A DNA stretch of 64,000 bases from Candidatus Zixiibacteriota bacterium (GTDB lineage Bacteria > Zixibacteria > MSB-5A5 > GN15 > FEB-12). The DNA lies in the NCBI GenBank assembly GCA_041742355.1, contig JBGSIV010000157.1, positions 1 through 64,000 of the forward strand. Direction: 5' to 3'. Under the pieces are notes generated by a model. It saw only the letters and a list, made by a program, of their open reading frames with translations, did not search any database and was not told where the DNA came from. The position numbers and the translations under genes were made by a program. Of this stretch, positions 47,508 to 57,702 are shown in pieces. Within the stretch, counting starts at the first letter, position 1. Every line of letters begins with the position of its first letter.

Positions 47508-49034
47508 ATGACCTCGACCGAGGCTTACAATCATCTCAAGAAGCGCATGCGGGAGATCGCGACAATCAACTCATCGAGCAGCGTGCTCTCGTGGGATCGA
47601 AAGACGTACATGCCGCCCAAAGGGAACGCCCATCGGGCCGACCAACTGGCCCAACTCAGCCGCCTCTCCCACCAGTGGTTCACCGACCCGAAGGTTGAGG
47701 AGTGGCTGTCGGCGGTGGAGCAGTCGGATCTGGTCAGAGATCCGGCCTCGGAAGCGGCGGTGAATGTCCGTGAGTGGCGACGGGTCTACTGCCGCAAAAC
47801 GAAGCTGCCGCTGGAGTTTGTCGAAGAATTCTCCCGCACCACTTCGCTCGCGACTCAGGTGTGGGCCGAAGCGCGGCGAAAGTCGGACTTTTCGATCTTT
47901 CAGCCGCACCTTATCAAGATTGTCGAAATGGTGCGCAATCGCGCGGAGTACTACGGCTACACGACCGAGAAGTACGATGCCCTGATCGACGATTACGAAC
48001 CGGGCGCCAAAGCGGCCGAGATCGAGGCGCTCTTTGCGGGACTGCGCACCGACCTGGTGGAACTGGTCGGCAAAGTGAAGGACGCCCCGCGCAAGCCGAA
48101 TGTCGGCATTCTCCGGCAGCCGTGGAATGTCCGCAAGCAACAGATTTTCGCCGGCATGGTCGTCGGCGCGCTCGGCTATGACTTCGACTCGGGGCGGATC
48201 GATGAAACGGTGCACCCGTGCTGCAACGGGCTCGGCCCCCGGGATGTCCGGATCCTGGTCCGGTTCTCGGAGCGGGATTTCAACGACGGTTTCCAGGCGA
48301 CCGTGCACGAAACCGGCCATGCCTTCTATTCGCTCAACCAGGATAACCTCGACCTCTGGGGGACGCCGATGACCCGGACGCCGTCGCTGGCAATCCATGA
48401 GTCGCAGTCGCGCACCTGGGAGAATTTCGTCGGGCGGTCGCGCCCCTTCTGGGTCTATTTCTTCCCTCAGTTGCAGCGCCTCTTCCGGGAGCAGACGCAG
48501 GGGGTGTCATTGGATGATTTCTACGGCGCGATCAACTGGGTAGCGCCGTCATACATCCGCGTCCAGGCCGATGAGGCGACCTACCAGCTGCACATCATGC
48601 TCCGATTCGAGCTGGAGCGGGCGATCATCCGGGGGGACATCGAAGTGGCCGACATCCCCGGCGAGTGGAACAGCCGGTTCAAGAAGTACCTCGGGATCGA
48701 GATTGACAGGGACGCTAACGGATGCCTCCAGGATGTCCACTGGTCGGACGGCTCGTTCGGGTACTTCCCGACCTACACGCTCGGTAATCTCTACGCGGCG
48801 CAGTTCTGGCAACAGGCAATGAAGGACCTGCCGGGATTACCGGATGACTTCGCGATCGGCCGCTTCGACCGCCTCCTCGACTGGCTTGGCGCGAATATCC
48901 ACCGTCAGGGCTTCAAATACTACCCCGACGAGATGTGCCGTCGGCTCACCGGCCGGCCTCTCTCTCACAAGCCGCTGTTGGACTACCTCTACGACAAGTA
49001 CGAGGGGATCTACGGGATCAGCCGGAGCCGATAG
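47508..49034 (+). CDS. carboxypeptidase M32 (Taq-like)
   Basis: HETGH, HESQS, IRVQADE, GCLQDVHW, GYFPTYTLG; ATG 47508 after GGAG. Confidence 0.96.
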   Translation: MTSTEAYNHLKKRMREIATINSSSSVLSWDRKTYMPPKGNAHRADQLAQLSRLSHQWFTDPKVEEWLSAVEQSDLVRDPASEAAVNVREWRRVYCRKTKLPLEFVEEFSRTTSLATQVWAEARRKSDFSIFQPHLIKIVEMVRNRAEYYGYTTEKYDALIDDYEPGAKAAEIEALFAGLRTDLVELVGKVKDAPRKPNVGILRQPWNVRKQQIFAGMVVGALGYDFDSGRIDETVHPCCNGLGPRDVRILVRFSERDFNDGFQATVHETGHAFYSLNQDNLDLWGTPMTRTPSLAIHESQSRTWENFVGRSRPFWVYFFPQLQRLFREQTQGVSLDDFYGAINWVAPSYIRVQADEATYQLHIMLRFELERAIIRGDIEVADIPGEWNSRFKKYLGIEIDRDANGCLQDVHWSDGSFGYFPTYTLGNLYAAQFWQQAMKDLPGLPDDFAIGRFDRLLDWLGANIHRQGFKYYPDEMCRRLTGRPLSHKPLLDYLYDKYEGIYGISRSR

Positions 49035-49057
49035 GGGAGAGGAGCTCAAGCAGTTCG

Positions 49058-49090
49058 CGCCGCCGGAGAAAAGCCTCCGGCGGCGATTTT
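49058..49090 (+). terminator. intrinsic terminator
   Basis: CGCCGCCGGAG-aaaagc-CTCCGGCGGCG-ATTTT. Confidence 0.7.
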
Positions 49091-49197
49091 CCGTCAACTT
49101 TTCCATCCATTTTTCTGATTTCATGTTATCTTCCTGGAAGTAACACTACATACACGCCGATAGGTGTGGAAACACCACTTACTTGCCGGGTACTGCT

Positions 49198-51570
49198 ATG
49201 ATCCGATCACCTCGTCTTGCCGCTGTCTCCGGGGGCCTCTTCATCACCGCACTCACCGCCATTCTTCTCCTCTCCAGTCCCGTTCGAGCCGAACGGGCCG
49301 CACCGGTCGAAATGGACCTCGTCTGCACCAACTGGTTGACCCAACTCGTGCACCTGCGCGGCGACTGGGCCGGTTCATCCGATCCGGCCGTACTGGGAGT
49401 GCACGATATCTTCGCCGGCGATACACTGCTGGGACGGTACTATGACATCGCCCCACGAGGGTTTGTGCTGGTGACCGCGCTCAAGGAGATGACGCCGGTG
49501 AAGGCGTACTCCGATCAGTTCAACCTCGATGAGAACCAGGCGGAGGGGTTCCTGGGGATGGTTACAGAGGTCCTGAGCGAGCGCACAGCACTGTACGCCA
49601 GGACATTTGGTAGCCTCGATGCGGTTCAGCCCTCAAGTGGGCCGGCGATCTTCGGGCAGGGACAAAAGGGGGAGTGGACCCGGCTGACGCTGCCGGAAGA
49701 GGCGTTCCGGGAGGAGATGCAGGCGAAAGGTTCGCGGTCGATCGCCGAAGCTGGACCGCTGACCCGGACGAGTTGGAATCAATCGGCGCCATACAACAAT
49801 TATTGCCCGATGGGCGAGACCGGGCGGTCGGTGGTCGGATGTGTGGCGACTGCGACAGCTCAAATTCTCGCGTACTGGCAATGGCCGCCGAGCGGGCTGG
49901 GGTCCCACACCTACACCTGGGATGGGGATCAGTACTGCGGGGGAAATTTCGGCGGCGGAGTTCTGTCGGCCACCTTCTCCGATACGTACGACTGGGCCAA
50001 CATTGTCGACAGCTGTGATCTCGGCTGCAACACGGCCCAGCAAAACGCGCTGGCAGAGTTGTGTTACGAGGTCGGGGTCGCTTTCGACATGGACTACTCG
50101 TCATGCGGCTCGGCCGCCTCGACCGCGCGGGCGGTTGCCGTCTTCCCCACGTACTTCAAGTTCAGCACGGAAATCCGACGGCTTAACCGCTCGTCCTACA
50201 CGCTCAGCGAGTGGTATGACCTGGCCAAACATGAAATCGATACGGGGCGCGTGATCCAGTACCGGATCAACGCGCACTCCATCGTCCTCGACGGCTACCG
50301 CGAGCAGACTCCGGGCAGGTACGAGTATCACATGAACTACGGATGGGCCAACTCGTTCAATGCGTGGTACGTCCTGGACAGCCTGTACTGCGGCTGGATC
50401 GACGGGGATATCTGCCCGGCCAACGAGGAGTTCATGATCACGCATATCTTCCCGCAGACCAGGCCGGCGATGGCGCTGGCAGGCCATGCCTTCTCTGAAG
50501 CGACCGGGAATGGCAACGGCCGTGCCAACAGCGGGGAGGCGATCAATCTGAACATGGTGGTTGGCAACGACGGCAACGACGCCACTAATCCGGTCGTCAC
50601 GGTCAGCACGACCGATCCCTACGTTACCGTCCAGCAGGCCTCGGCCAGCCTCGGTGAAGTGATTGTCTGGGGAGGGCAAGGAGCGACGGCATTGCCGGTA
50701 GTTGTGTCAATAGCTCCGGGATGCCCCGATCCGCACCGGGCGGTGCTTACATTGAGCCTCTCCGCCGAGGGGGGCTATGCCACGACCGATTCGGTGCTGC
50801 TGTTTATCGGCAATACACCCGGAATGACCGCCGACTTCGAAACTATCGACGGCCTCTGGTGGCACAGGGCCCATACCCCGATGTACGGAGATCAGTGGCA
50901 CCTCGAAACCTACCGCAAACACAGCGGGAGCAGCAGCTGGAAGGTGGGTGGGCTCGGCTCTGCCCTATACGACAACTCGCTCGATGCGGCGCTGGTGTCG
51001 CCGCCGTTCCTCCTGCCGGTCAATCCGCAGTTGTCGTTCTGGCACTGGCGGGATTTTGAGGATGATCAGACTGCGTGGGATGGCGGGATCGTGATGATCT
51101 CGACAAACGGCGGAGACTGGGTGCAGATCACGCCGGAGGGAGGATATCCGGGGGCAATCTACGACAATCCGGACAACGCGTTGCCCGGCGGCACCCCGTG
51201 CTACAACGGCCATTCCGACTGGACCGAAGCCGTTTTCGACCTCTCCGGCTACAGCGGTGTGGCACAGGTGATGTTCCGATTTGCCAGCGATGGCTCAGCA
51301 ACCGAGGAGGGCTGGTATGTCGACGACGTGCAGGTTATCTCAACCGGCTGCTGCATCGGGATGCGCGGGAATATCGATGGTGACGCACTGGACAAGGTCC
51401 TCGTGTCCGACCTCACGTTCCTCGTGAACCGGCTCTTCCGCTCGGGACCGGAATCGCCGTGCGCGGAGGAAGCGGATGTCGACGGTAGTTCGACGCTCAA
51501 TGTGACCGACCTCACCCAACTGGTGAACTACCTGTTCCGGTCAGGCCCGTCCCCGGCTGCGTGCCCGTAA
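49198..51570 (+). CDS. secreted C10 (streptopain-like) cysteine protease with I69 propeptide, beta-sandwich domains and dockerin-like tail
   Basis: WNQSAPYN, GCVATATAQ, HSIVLDGY, HMNYGW; WDGG..GWYVDDV; CCIGMRGNIDGD dockerin. Confidence 0.93.
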   Translation: MIRSPRLAAVSGGLFITALTAILLLSSPVRAERAAPVEMDLVCTNWLTQLVHLRGDWAGSSDPAVLGVHDIFAGDTLLGRYYDIAPRGFVLVTALKEMTPVKAYSDQFNLDENQAEGFLGMVTEVLSERTALYARTFGSLDAVQPSSGPAIFGQGQKGEWTRLTLPEEAFREEMQAKGSRSIAEAGPLTRTSWNQSAPYNNYCPMGETGRSVVGCVATATAQILAYWQWPPSGLGSHTYTWDGDQYCGGNFGGGVLSATFSDTYDWANIVDSCDLGCNTAQQNALAELCYEVGVAFDMDYSSCGSAASTARAVAVFPTYFKFSTEIRRLNRSSYTLSEWYDLAKHEIDTGRVIQYRINAHSIVLDGYREQTPGRYEYHMNYGWANSFNAWYVLDSLYCGWIDGDICPANEEFMITHIFPQTRPAMALAGHAFSEATGNGNGRANSGEAINLNMVVGNDGNDATNPVVTVSTTDPYVTVQQASASLGEVIVWGGQGATALPVVVSIAPGCPDPHRAVLTLSLSAEGGYATTDSVLLFIGNTPGMTADFETIDGLWWHRAHTPMYGDQWHLETYRKHSGSSSWKVGGLGSALYDNSLDAALVSPPFLLPVNPQLSFWHWRDFEDDQTAWDGGIVMISTNGGDWVQITPEGGYPGAIYDNPDNALPGGTPCYNGHSDWTEAVFDLSGYSGVAQVMFRFASDGSATEEGWYVDDVQVISTGCCIGMRGNIDGDALDKVLVSDLTFLVNRLFRSGPESPCAEEADVDGSSTLNVTDLTQLVNYLFRSGPSPAACP

Positions 51571-51691
51571 GATCTAAGAACACCACGCATTCTGCACGAA
51601 TGCTGCCTTCACAATGAATGTGGTGCTGTCGGGCGGAAACGCCCGACAGCACTTTCTATTGAACGATCTGTTGACGTGGGATCAAGAGGAG

Positions 51692-52972
51692 CTATGGCTG
51701 ACCGGCCATGCTCTTTCCGGCGATCCACCCAGTGGTCCAGGCATTCTGGAAATTGAAGCCGCCGGTGATGCCGTCGATGTCGAGAATCTCACCGGCGAAG
51801 AAGAGCCCGGGCCGCAGCTTGCTCTGCATGCTGCGGAAGTCAACCTCCCGCAGATCGACTCCTCCGCAGGTGACGAACTCCTCTTTGAACACTCCTTTGC
51901 CGACGACAGTGAAGCGGGCACCGGTGATTTCAGCGGCGAGCGCTGAGAGCTGGGCTTTTGTGATCTCGGTCCAGGAGGCAGACTCCGCAATGCCGGCGGT
52001 CGTGGCGATACGGGCCCAGTAGCGTTTCGGCAGGAAAACAGGGCTGTCGCCGGCGACCAGCTTGCGGCCGTGGGTTTGTTTGTGAGCGACGAGGAGGTCA
52101 AAGATTTGGTCAGCGGAGTGTGTCGGGGAGAAGTTGACCTTCAGCTCCGCGTGGTAATGGGTCTCGTGGAGTTCGCGCGCCCCCCAGGCGGAGAGCTTGA
52201 GGACCGCCGGCCCGCTCAGGCCCCAATGGGTGATGAGCATCGGGCCGGATTGCTCCAGTCGGCGATTGCTAGTTGCCAGGACGAGGTGGACGGTCTCGAA
52301 ACTGATGCCGGCCAGATCGGAAAGACGGGGATCGGTGACCTTGAAGGTAAAAAGGGAAGGAACGGTCGGTACTATCGTGTGCCCGAGCGATTGGGCCAGG
52401 CGGTAGCCCTGAGGACTGCTGCCGGTCGCAAGGAGGATCTGATCAAAAGGCCCCCTCGTACCGTCGTGCAGCTCGATGATGAACCGTCCGACTGACGGAT
52501 CTTCGGCCAGGGAAATGCTCTTGATGCGGGTGCGCAGACGAAGGGTTACACCGAGATCGCGGGCCGCGGTCAGGAGGCAGTCGATGATGGTCTGCGAGTT
52601 GTCGGTTACGGGAAACATCCGGCCGTCGGGTTCAACCTTGAGCGGGACGCCATGGCGCTCGAACCACGCCACCGTATCCCGCGGCTGGAAACGGCTGAAC
52701 GGCCCGCGCAATTCGCGGTGGCCGCGCGGGTAGTTCTTCACGAGTTCCGCCGGATCGAAGCAGTGGTGGGTGACATTGCACCGCCCGCCCCCGGAAATGC
52801 GGACCTTATCCAGGGGATCGCCGGTCGCTTCAAAAACCGTGACCGCGATCTTATCGCCGAGCCTTCGGGAACGGACCTCCTCGGCCAGGGCAATGGCCCC
52901 GAAAATGCCGGCCGCACCGGCGCCGATAATTGCGGCCCGGCGGACCGAAGTCGATGATTGAACTGGATCCAT
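51692..52972 (-). CDS. HI0933/BaiN family flavoprotein
   Basis: IIGAGAAG, KVRISGGGRCNVT, GRMFP, LITHWGLSGP, VTCGGV, GEILDIDGITGGFNFQ. Confidence 0.95.
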   Translation of the reverse strand: MDPVQSSTSVRRAAIIGAGAAGIFGAIALAEEVRSRRLGDKIAVTVFEATGDPLDKVRISGGGRCNVTHHCFDPAELVKNYPRGHRELRGPFSRFQPRDTVAWFERHGVPLKVEPDGRMFPVTDNSQTIIDCLLTAARDLGVTLRLRTRIKSISLAEDPSVGRFIIELHDGTRGPFDQILLATGSSPQGYRLAQSLGHTIVPTVPSLFTFKVTDPRLSDLAGISFETVHLVLATSNRRLEQSGPMLITHWGLSGPAVLKLSAWGARELHETHYHAELKVNFSPTHSADQIFDLLVAHKQTHGRKLVAGDSPVFLPKRYWARIATTAGIAESASWTEITKAQLSALAAEITGARFTVVGKGVFKEEFVTCGGVDLREVDFRSMQSKLRPGLFFAGEILDIDGITGGFNFQNAWTTGWIAGKSMAGQP

Positions 52973-53085
52973 AACGGATAAAATCGTATGTTCAGCGCCA
53001 GGAGCCAAGTGCAATGTCGGCGACCCTGCCCGGAATGGCCGGGAACATCGCCACTTCAACGGCATTACGGAACTGGAAGAATCGA

Positions 53086-53586
53086 ATGAGCAGAGTGCAT
53101 CGAAAACAACGTCCGGCGCCGGCGCTCCTGCCGAGCATCGGGGGATTAATCGGCTGGATGGCCGTCACCTTCGCTGTGGCCTACTTCGGCTCGCAGTTTG
53201 AGCCGGGCCAGTGGTATGCCGGGCTGGCCAAACCGGCGTGGACGCCGCCAAGTGCCGTTTTTCCGCCGGTATGGACCTTCCTGTATGCCTCCATGGCCTT
53301 CGCGGCGTGGCTGGTCTGGCGACGCTACGGGTTTCACGGCGCCGGAGGAGCTCTTGGGTTCTACACGGTGCAACTGGCGCTCAATGGCGCCTGGTCCTGG
53401 CTGTTCTTCGGCCGCCACGAGATCCTCTTCGCTTTGATTGATATTGCGGCGCTCCTGCTGATGATCACCATCACGATGGTGCTATTCCGCCGCCGGGTCC
53501 CTCTGGCGGGATGGCTGTTCGTGCCCTATTTCATTTGGGTCGCCTACGCGACCGCGCTCAATTTCGCCATCTGGCGCCTGAACTGA
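53086..53586 (+). CDS. tspO: TspO/MBR tryptophan-rich sensory protein
   Basis: WYAGLAKPAWTPP..FPPVWTFLY, QLALNGAWSWLFFG, PYFIWVAYATALN. Confidence 0.95.
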   Translation: MSRVHRKQRPAPALLPSIGGLIGWMAVTFAVAYFGSQFEPGQWYAGLAKPAWTPPSAVFPPVWTFLYASMAFAAWLVWRRYGFHGAGGALGFYTVQLALNGAWSWLFFGRHEILFALIDIAALLLMITITMVLFRRRVPLAGWLFVPYFIWVAYATALNFAIWRLN

Positions 53587-53616
53587 TCGGCTCACTTCCC
53601 CCGCACACCTGTAATG

Positions 53617-53642
53617 AAAACGGGACCCTTGTGAGGGTCCCG
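53617..53642 (-). terminator. intrinsic terminator between convergent genes
   Basis: AAAA-CGGGACCCT-TGTG-AGGGTCCCG. Confidence 0.7.
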
Positions 53643-53671
53643 CTTCCGAGAGAGAGTCCCGCTGACGGGGA

Positions 53672-55963
53672 TCAGGTTTGGAAGAGGTACTGTATTTTCA
53701 TGAAGAACTGCCGGTTCGTCAGCCGCCAGTCGCTGGGGGCGTCCAGGCCGGCCGTCATGTTGCCGTAGTCGTAAGTCGAACCGATGTAGAAGACCGAGAA
53801 GGGAGAGATCTGGTAGGTCAGCAGCGGATCGACGTCCCACGTCTCCCAGCCGTCGTTGTACTGCACTACCAGACGGACCGACAGCTCGCGATTGGCCTGC
53901 AGTTGGAAGCGGGTGCGGGTGATGTGCTGTTCATACAGCTCTTCATCGGTCGTAACCGAGGTTGCCCGGGCGAAACTGAAGCTTGGCTCGATCGTCAGGC
54001 GGTCGATCGGCTTGACGGACATGCCGATCCCGCCGCCGATTTCGTGGCTTGACTCTCCCAGCCGTCGAGCGACTCCGCGGCCCAGCTGATAATTGAAGTT
54101 AAAGCCCAGGGCGTCGTTGATCTGGTTACCCAGATTGATCTGTGCCGTCCAAAGATCGTCGTACTGGACGCCGCTCCAGTTCTCGGAGCCGACGGTGTAC
54201 TGCAGCCCGGCGTAGGTTTGCCAGAAGCGGAGGTTGGCGTCGAGCCCCGCCGTGGCATGGCTCCACTTGATTTTGCCGTCGTAGTTCCAGCGGCGCTCGG
54301 CGTAGAAGCTCGGCGTGATCCGCTGGATCAGGCCCTTGTCGCTGTAAAACGTGTACGAGGTCACGGCAAAGCCGTTGCGGTAGTCGTTCCAGGGATCGTA
54401 CCCGGTCTGGGTCCGGTAGGTGGGAGCGACCTGGTCGAAGTTGAGGCGGACGTTCAGGTGCCGTCCGTTGCGCCGGAACTGGGTAATCAAAGCTGTTCCG
54501 GAGTACGACTCACCGTCGAGGATGGCAGTATGCTTGCCGCCGTCGAAAGTCAGGCCTTCCAGGCCTTCGGTTCCCATCGCCTGATCCGGTTCACCGGTGA
54601 AACTGCCGACAAACTGGCCAACCACGCTGTAGTTCTGTGACAGGCGAAGCTGGCCGTCTGCGCTGAGAATGGTGCCGTAGCCGCCGTGTTCGAAGCGGCG
54701 GTCGGTAATCATGAAACCGGCACGGTCGTTCTGACCGAACGAGAGCGCGCCGCGCAGGACGTTCACGTAGCTTTCGCCCGCGTCAATCATCCCTCCGAAC
54801 TCCTCGAACGGAAGAGCATAGGGGGACGTATTGTCTTTGGCGCTGATGAAGCCGATGGTCGCGCGGCCGACTCGTCCGGTGGACTTCACCGCATAGTCGG
54901 GATCATTGACGGTACGGGTATAGAACGAATTGAACAGGGTGCGGAATATGTCCGAGCCTTCTTGGAAAAATGGCCGCCGCTCAGGATAAAACAGCGAGAT
55001 AGTCGAGTTGACATCGATCTGCGCGGCATCGGCCTCTATCTGGCTGTAGTCGGGGTTGTAGGTCGCCTCGACCGTCATGCCCGACGTTATCGCGTACTTC
55101 CCGCCGAGTGACAGATCACCGTCAACGTCGGCGTTGTCAAAATCGAACCGGGTGCCATCGTAGTTTAACTGCCCGGACTGGTTGCCCACGACCGAGGCGA
55201 GGAGCTCGACTCCCTTGCCGGGCTGCACATCGGAGATACCGGTCACGGTTCCCCACTGGCAGGGCCAGCACTGCTCGCCGCGGTTGTACGCGGCCCAGGA
55301 GTACTGGTACTGCGACTCGCGCGGGCGGTTGCGCCAGAAATCCATCTTCCACTCCTGGGCGTCGCGGCCCGGGAAGCGGATGCCGGAAAACGGAATGGCG
55401 ATTTCAACCTGGTAGCCGGTGGCGGTGATTTTGGCGGCGGAGTTCCAGATCAGATCGAAACTGGCGTCCTCGCCGATCGTCGGGGTCCAGAGGTGGTCGC
55501 GCTGAACGCCGTATGGGTTGACGAAAAATTCGTAGGCGACCGAGGCGTCACCGTACGTATCGATCATGACAATGACGCAGTCATCGCCGCCCCAGTGGTC
55601 GCGCTGGGCCATGGTGGCGCGAATAGCCTTAGGATCGTCGTGGCAGATGAAACCGACATAGAGATTCTTGTCATCATAGGTGACGAGAACCTCGGTGCGG
55701 ACCTGAGGGGGGACCATATCGCCGGGGTCTCGTTCGACAAAGCGGTCGGTGCGCACGGCACTCGTCCAGCCGGCGTCATCGAGGTTACCGTCGATATCGA
55801 TATCCGTGGTAGTCCTGTTGACCGCAAGAGTGGGTTTGAACACCGGTGCAAAGTCAGGTGCCGGCATCATATCCGAGGCAGCCGCCGGCGAAGCGGCCAC
55901 GAGCAGCACCACGAGACCGAACATCGTTGCAGGAGTTCCCCAATTCATTATGCGTGTACTCAT
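53672..55963 (-). CDS. CBM9-like plus DUF5916 outer-membrane protein
   Basis: IDGNLDDAGW, YDDKNLYVGF, VNPYGVQ, EIAIPF, NPDYSQIEAD, PERRPFFQEG; C-terminal KIQYLF. Confidence 0.9.
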   Translation of the reverse strand: MSTRIMNWGTPATMFGLVVLLVAASPAAASDMMPAPDFAPVFKPTLAVNRTTTDIDIDGNLDDAGWTSAVRTDRFVERDPGDMVPPQVRTEVLVTYDDKNLYVGFICHDDPKAIRATMAQRDHWGGDDCVIVMIDTYGDASVAYEFFVNPYGVQRDHLWTPTIGEDASFDLIWNSAAKITATGYQVEIAIPFSGIRFPGRDAQEWKMDFWRNRPRESQYQYSWAAYNRGEQCWPCQWGTVTGISDVQPGKGVELLASVVGNQSGQLNYDGTRFDFDNADVDGDLSLGGKYAITSGMTVEATYNPDYSQIEADAAQIDVNSTISLFYPERRPFFQEGSDIFRTLFNSFYTRTVNDPDYAVKSTGRVGRATIGFISAKDNTSPYALPFEEFGGMIDAGESYVNVLRGALSFGQNDRAGFMITDRRFEHGGYGTILSADGQLRLSQNYSVVGQFVGSFTGEPDQAMGTEGLEGLTFDGGKHTAILDGESYSGTALITQFRRNGRHLNVRLNFDQVAPTYRTQTGYDPWNDYRNGFAVTSYTFYSDKGLIQRITPSFYAERRWNYDGKIKWSHATAGLDANLRFWQTYAGLQYTVGSENWSGVQYDDLWTAQINLGNQINDALGFNFNYQLGRGVARRLGESSHEIGGGIGMSVKPIDRLTIEPSFSFARATSVTTDEELYEQHITRTRFQLQANRELSVRLVVQYNDGWETWDVDPLLTYQISPFSVFYIGSTYDYGNMTAGLDAPSDWRLTNRQFFMKIQYLFQT

Positions 55964-56281
55964 CGACACGCCCCTTTCGCATTCGAGCAAAGCCTCTCAG
56001 TTACTATCCACTCTGGCCTCGCGGCCGGTGGCGCTGACCGAATGCCGTTCCGAAGCGGCACCCAAGTTCGGAATTCCCCGGGGATTTCATCCTGTTGGTA
56101 ACTACTTACGAAACCGTTTTGCGCAAAGTTTCATGTCGCGGAAAAAAGGGGAGCGCAAAATCTGCTCACCGGGGAATCACGTTCAAAGGTCCACCATCAC
56201 ATTTCGCCGCAGCGGTATTGCGCTCGGCGGCAGAGATCATATATTATGGATCATTATTATCCAAAGAAGCGAGGCGCGACG

Positions 56282-56953
56282 ATGAACTACACACAGGCCA
56301 TGGCCGCTTTGCAGCAGGCCGGATCGGAAAAGACGGCAAACACCTACCGCCGCCACGGAGTGAAAGGGGAGGTGTTCGGCGTGAGTTTCGCCGCCCTGGC
56401 GAAGTTCAAGAAGCAGATCAGAACGAACCAGCCGCTGGCCGAGGAACTCTGGGCATCGGGGAATGCCGATGCGCGGATCCTCGCGGCCATGATCGCCGAT
56501 CCGACCAAAATGGCCGAAACGACGATCGAGAAGTGGCTGAAGGATGCCGACTATCACGTCCTCGCCGACTACGTGGCGTCGGCCGCCGCACGCACACCGT
56601 TCGCCAAACAACTGATGACCAGGTGGATGAAGAGCACGCAGGAGTTTGTCCGGCAGGCCGGGTACGCCATGCTTGCGTCCATGCTCAAAGACGGGCTGGG
56701 GGAAATCACCGAAGCGGAGTGCGAAGCGTTCCTCGGGACAATAGAACGGGAGATCCATGGTTCCCCCAACCGGGCCCGGCAGGCGATGAACAACGCCCTC
56801 ATCGCCATTGGGATCTACCGCGCCGGATTGACGCGCCCCGCCTGCGAGGCCGCCGCCCGCATCGGTCCGGTCGATGTCGACCACGGCGACACCGCCTGCA
56901 AGACGCCCGACGCCGCCGCCTACATAGCCAAGGCGCTCGCCCGCAAGAAGTAA
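56282..56953 (+). CDS. DNA alkylation repair (AlkD-like HEAT repeat) protein
   Basis: FGVSFAAL, LAEELWASGNADARILA, MNNALIAIG, IGPVDVDHGDTACKTP. Confidence 0.9.
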   Translation: MNYTQAMAALQQAGSEKTANTYRRHGVKGEVFGVSFAALAKFKKQIRTNQPLAEELWASGNADARILAAMIADPTKMAETTIEKWLKDADYHVLADYVASAAARTPFAKQLMTRWMKSTQEFVRQAGYAMLASMLKDGLGEITEAECEAFLGTIEREIHGSPNRARQAMNNALIAIGIYRAGLTRPACEAAARIGPVDVDHGDTACKTPDAAAYIAKALARKK

Positions 56954-57089
56954 CCTTGTCCCGTTTGGCCCATCGAGACCGCTTCCCTTCACGCAATTTC
57001 ATTGAACAATCGATGGAGATCTAGGGGGGCAGCAGTACCAGTAGAAAGACGATCCAAGCGTCACTTCACTGCTACTGGAGGGAAGGCCG

Positions 57090-57545
57090 ATGGCGTTTCA
57101 TGTGAACCAGTTCGCCGATCTGATGAGGCGCGTCCTCGCGAATTATGGCCTCGGCGGGGAGGCCGCCGAAAATCTGCTCCTCGGAACCGCGGCTGTCGAA
57201 AGCCGCTTTGGAACATGCTTGCGGCAGGTCGGCGGAGGGCTGGCCCTGGGAGTGTTCCAGATGGAACGGCCGACATTCGAATGGCTGCGGGAGACATACC
57301 TGGGGAGCTTCCCCGAGATCGAGAACCGGTGTTTCGATGAACTGGAGTGGGATCTGCGGCTGGCGATTCTCTTCGCCCGCCTGCGCTACCATGCCGTGCC
57401 GGCCCCGTTGCCGGCGGCGGAGGATACTCAGGGATTGGGAGCGTACTGGAAGGAGCACTATAACACCCGGAAAGGCAAAGGAACCGTCGCCGGGTTTGTC
57501 GCGGCATATCGGGAATTCGTGGAAGGGAAATTACGCCACGTCTGA
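57090..57545 (+). CDS. phage-type lysozyme/transglycosylase-like protein
   Basis: LLLGTAAVES (catalytic Glu-Ser-like), ALGVFQME, ARLRY, YWKEHYNT..GKGT. Confidence 0.7.
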   Translation: MAFHVNQFADLMRRVLANYGLGGEAAENLLLGTAAVESRFGTCLRQVGGGLALGVFQMERPTFEWLRETYLGSFPEIENRCFDELEWDLRLAILFARLRYHAVPAPLPAAEDTQGLGAYWKEHYNTRKGKGTVAGFVAAYREFVEGKLRHV

Positions 57546-57588
57546 CGCGACCAATGACGGTGTCGCCGCGAACCGAGGGCAATGAATC

Positions 57589-57618
57589 GCGGGCGGGGCC
57601 GTGAGGTGCCCCGCCCGC
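57589..57618. terminator. hairpin between convergent genes
   Basis: GCGGGCGGGGC-N8-GCCCCGCCCGC. Confidence 0.55.
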
Positions 57619-57702
57619 ATGTCAGGGGTAGGGTCGCGTTGCAGCTGCCGGAAGGGAACTGACCCCCCGGCGCTATCAGGGTTGTTGTCGGTCCGGTTGC
57701 CG

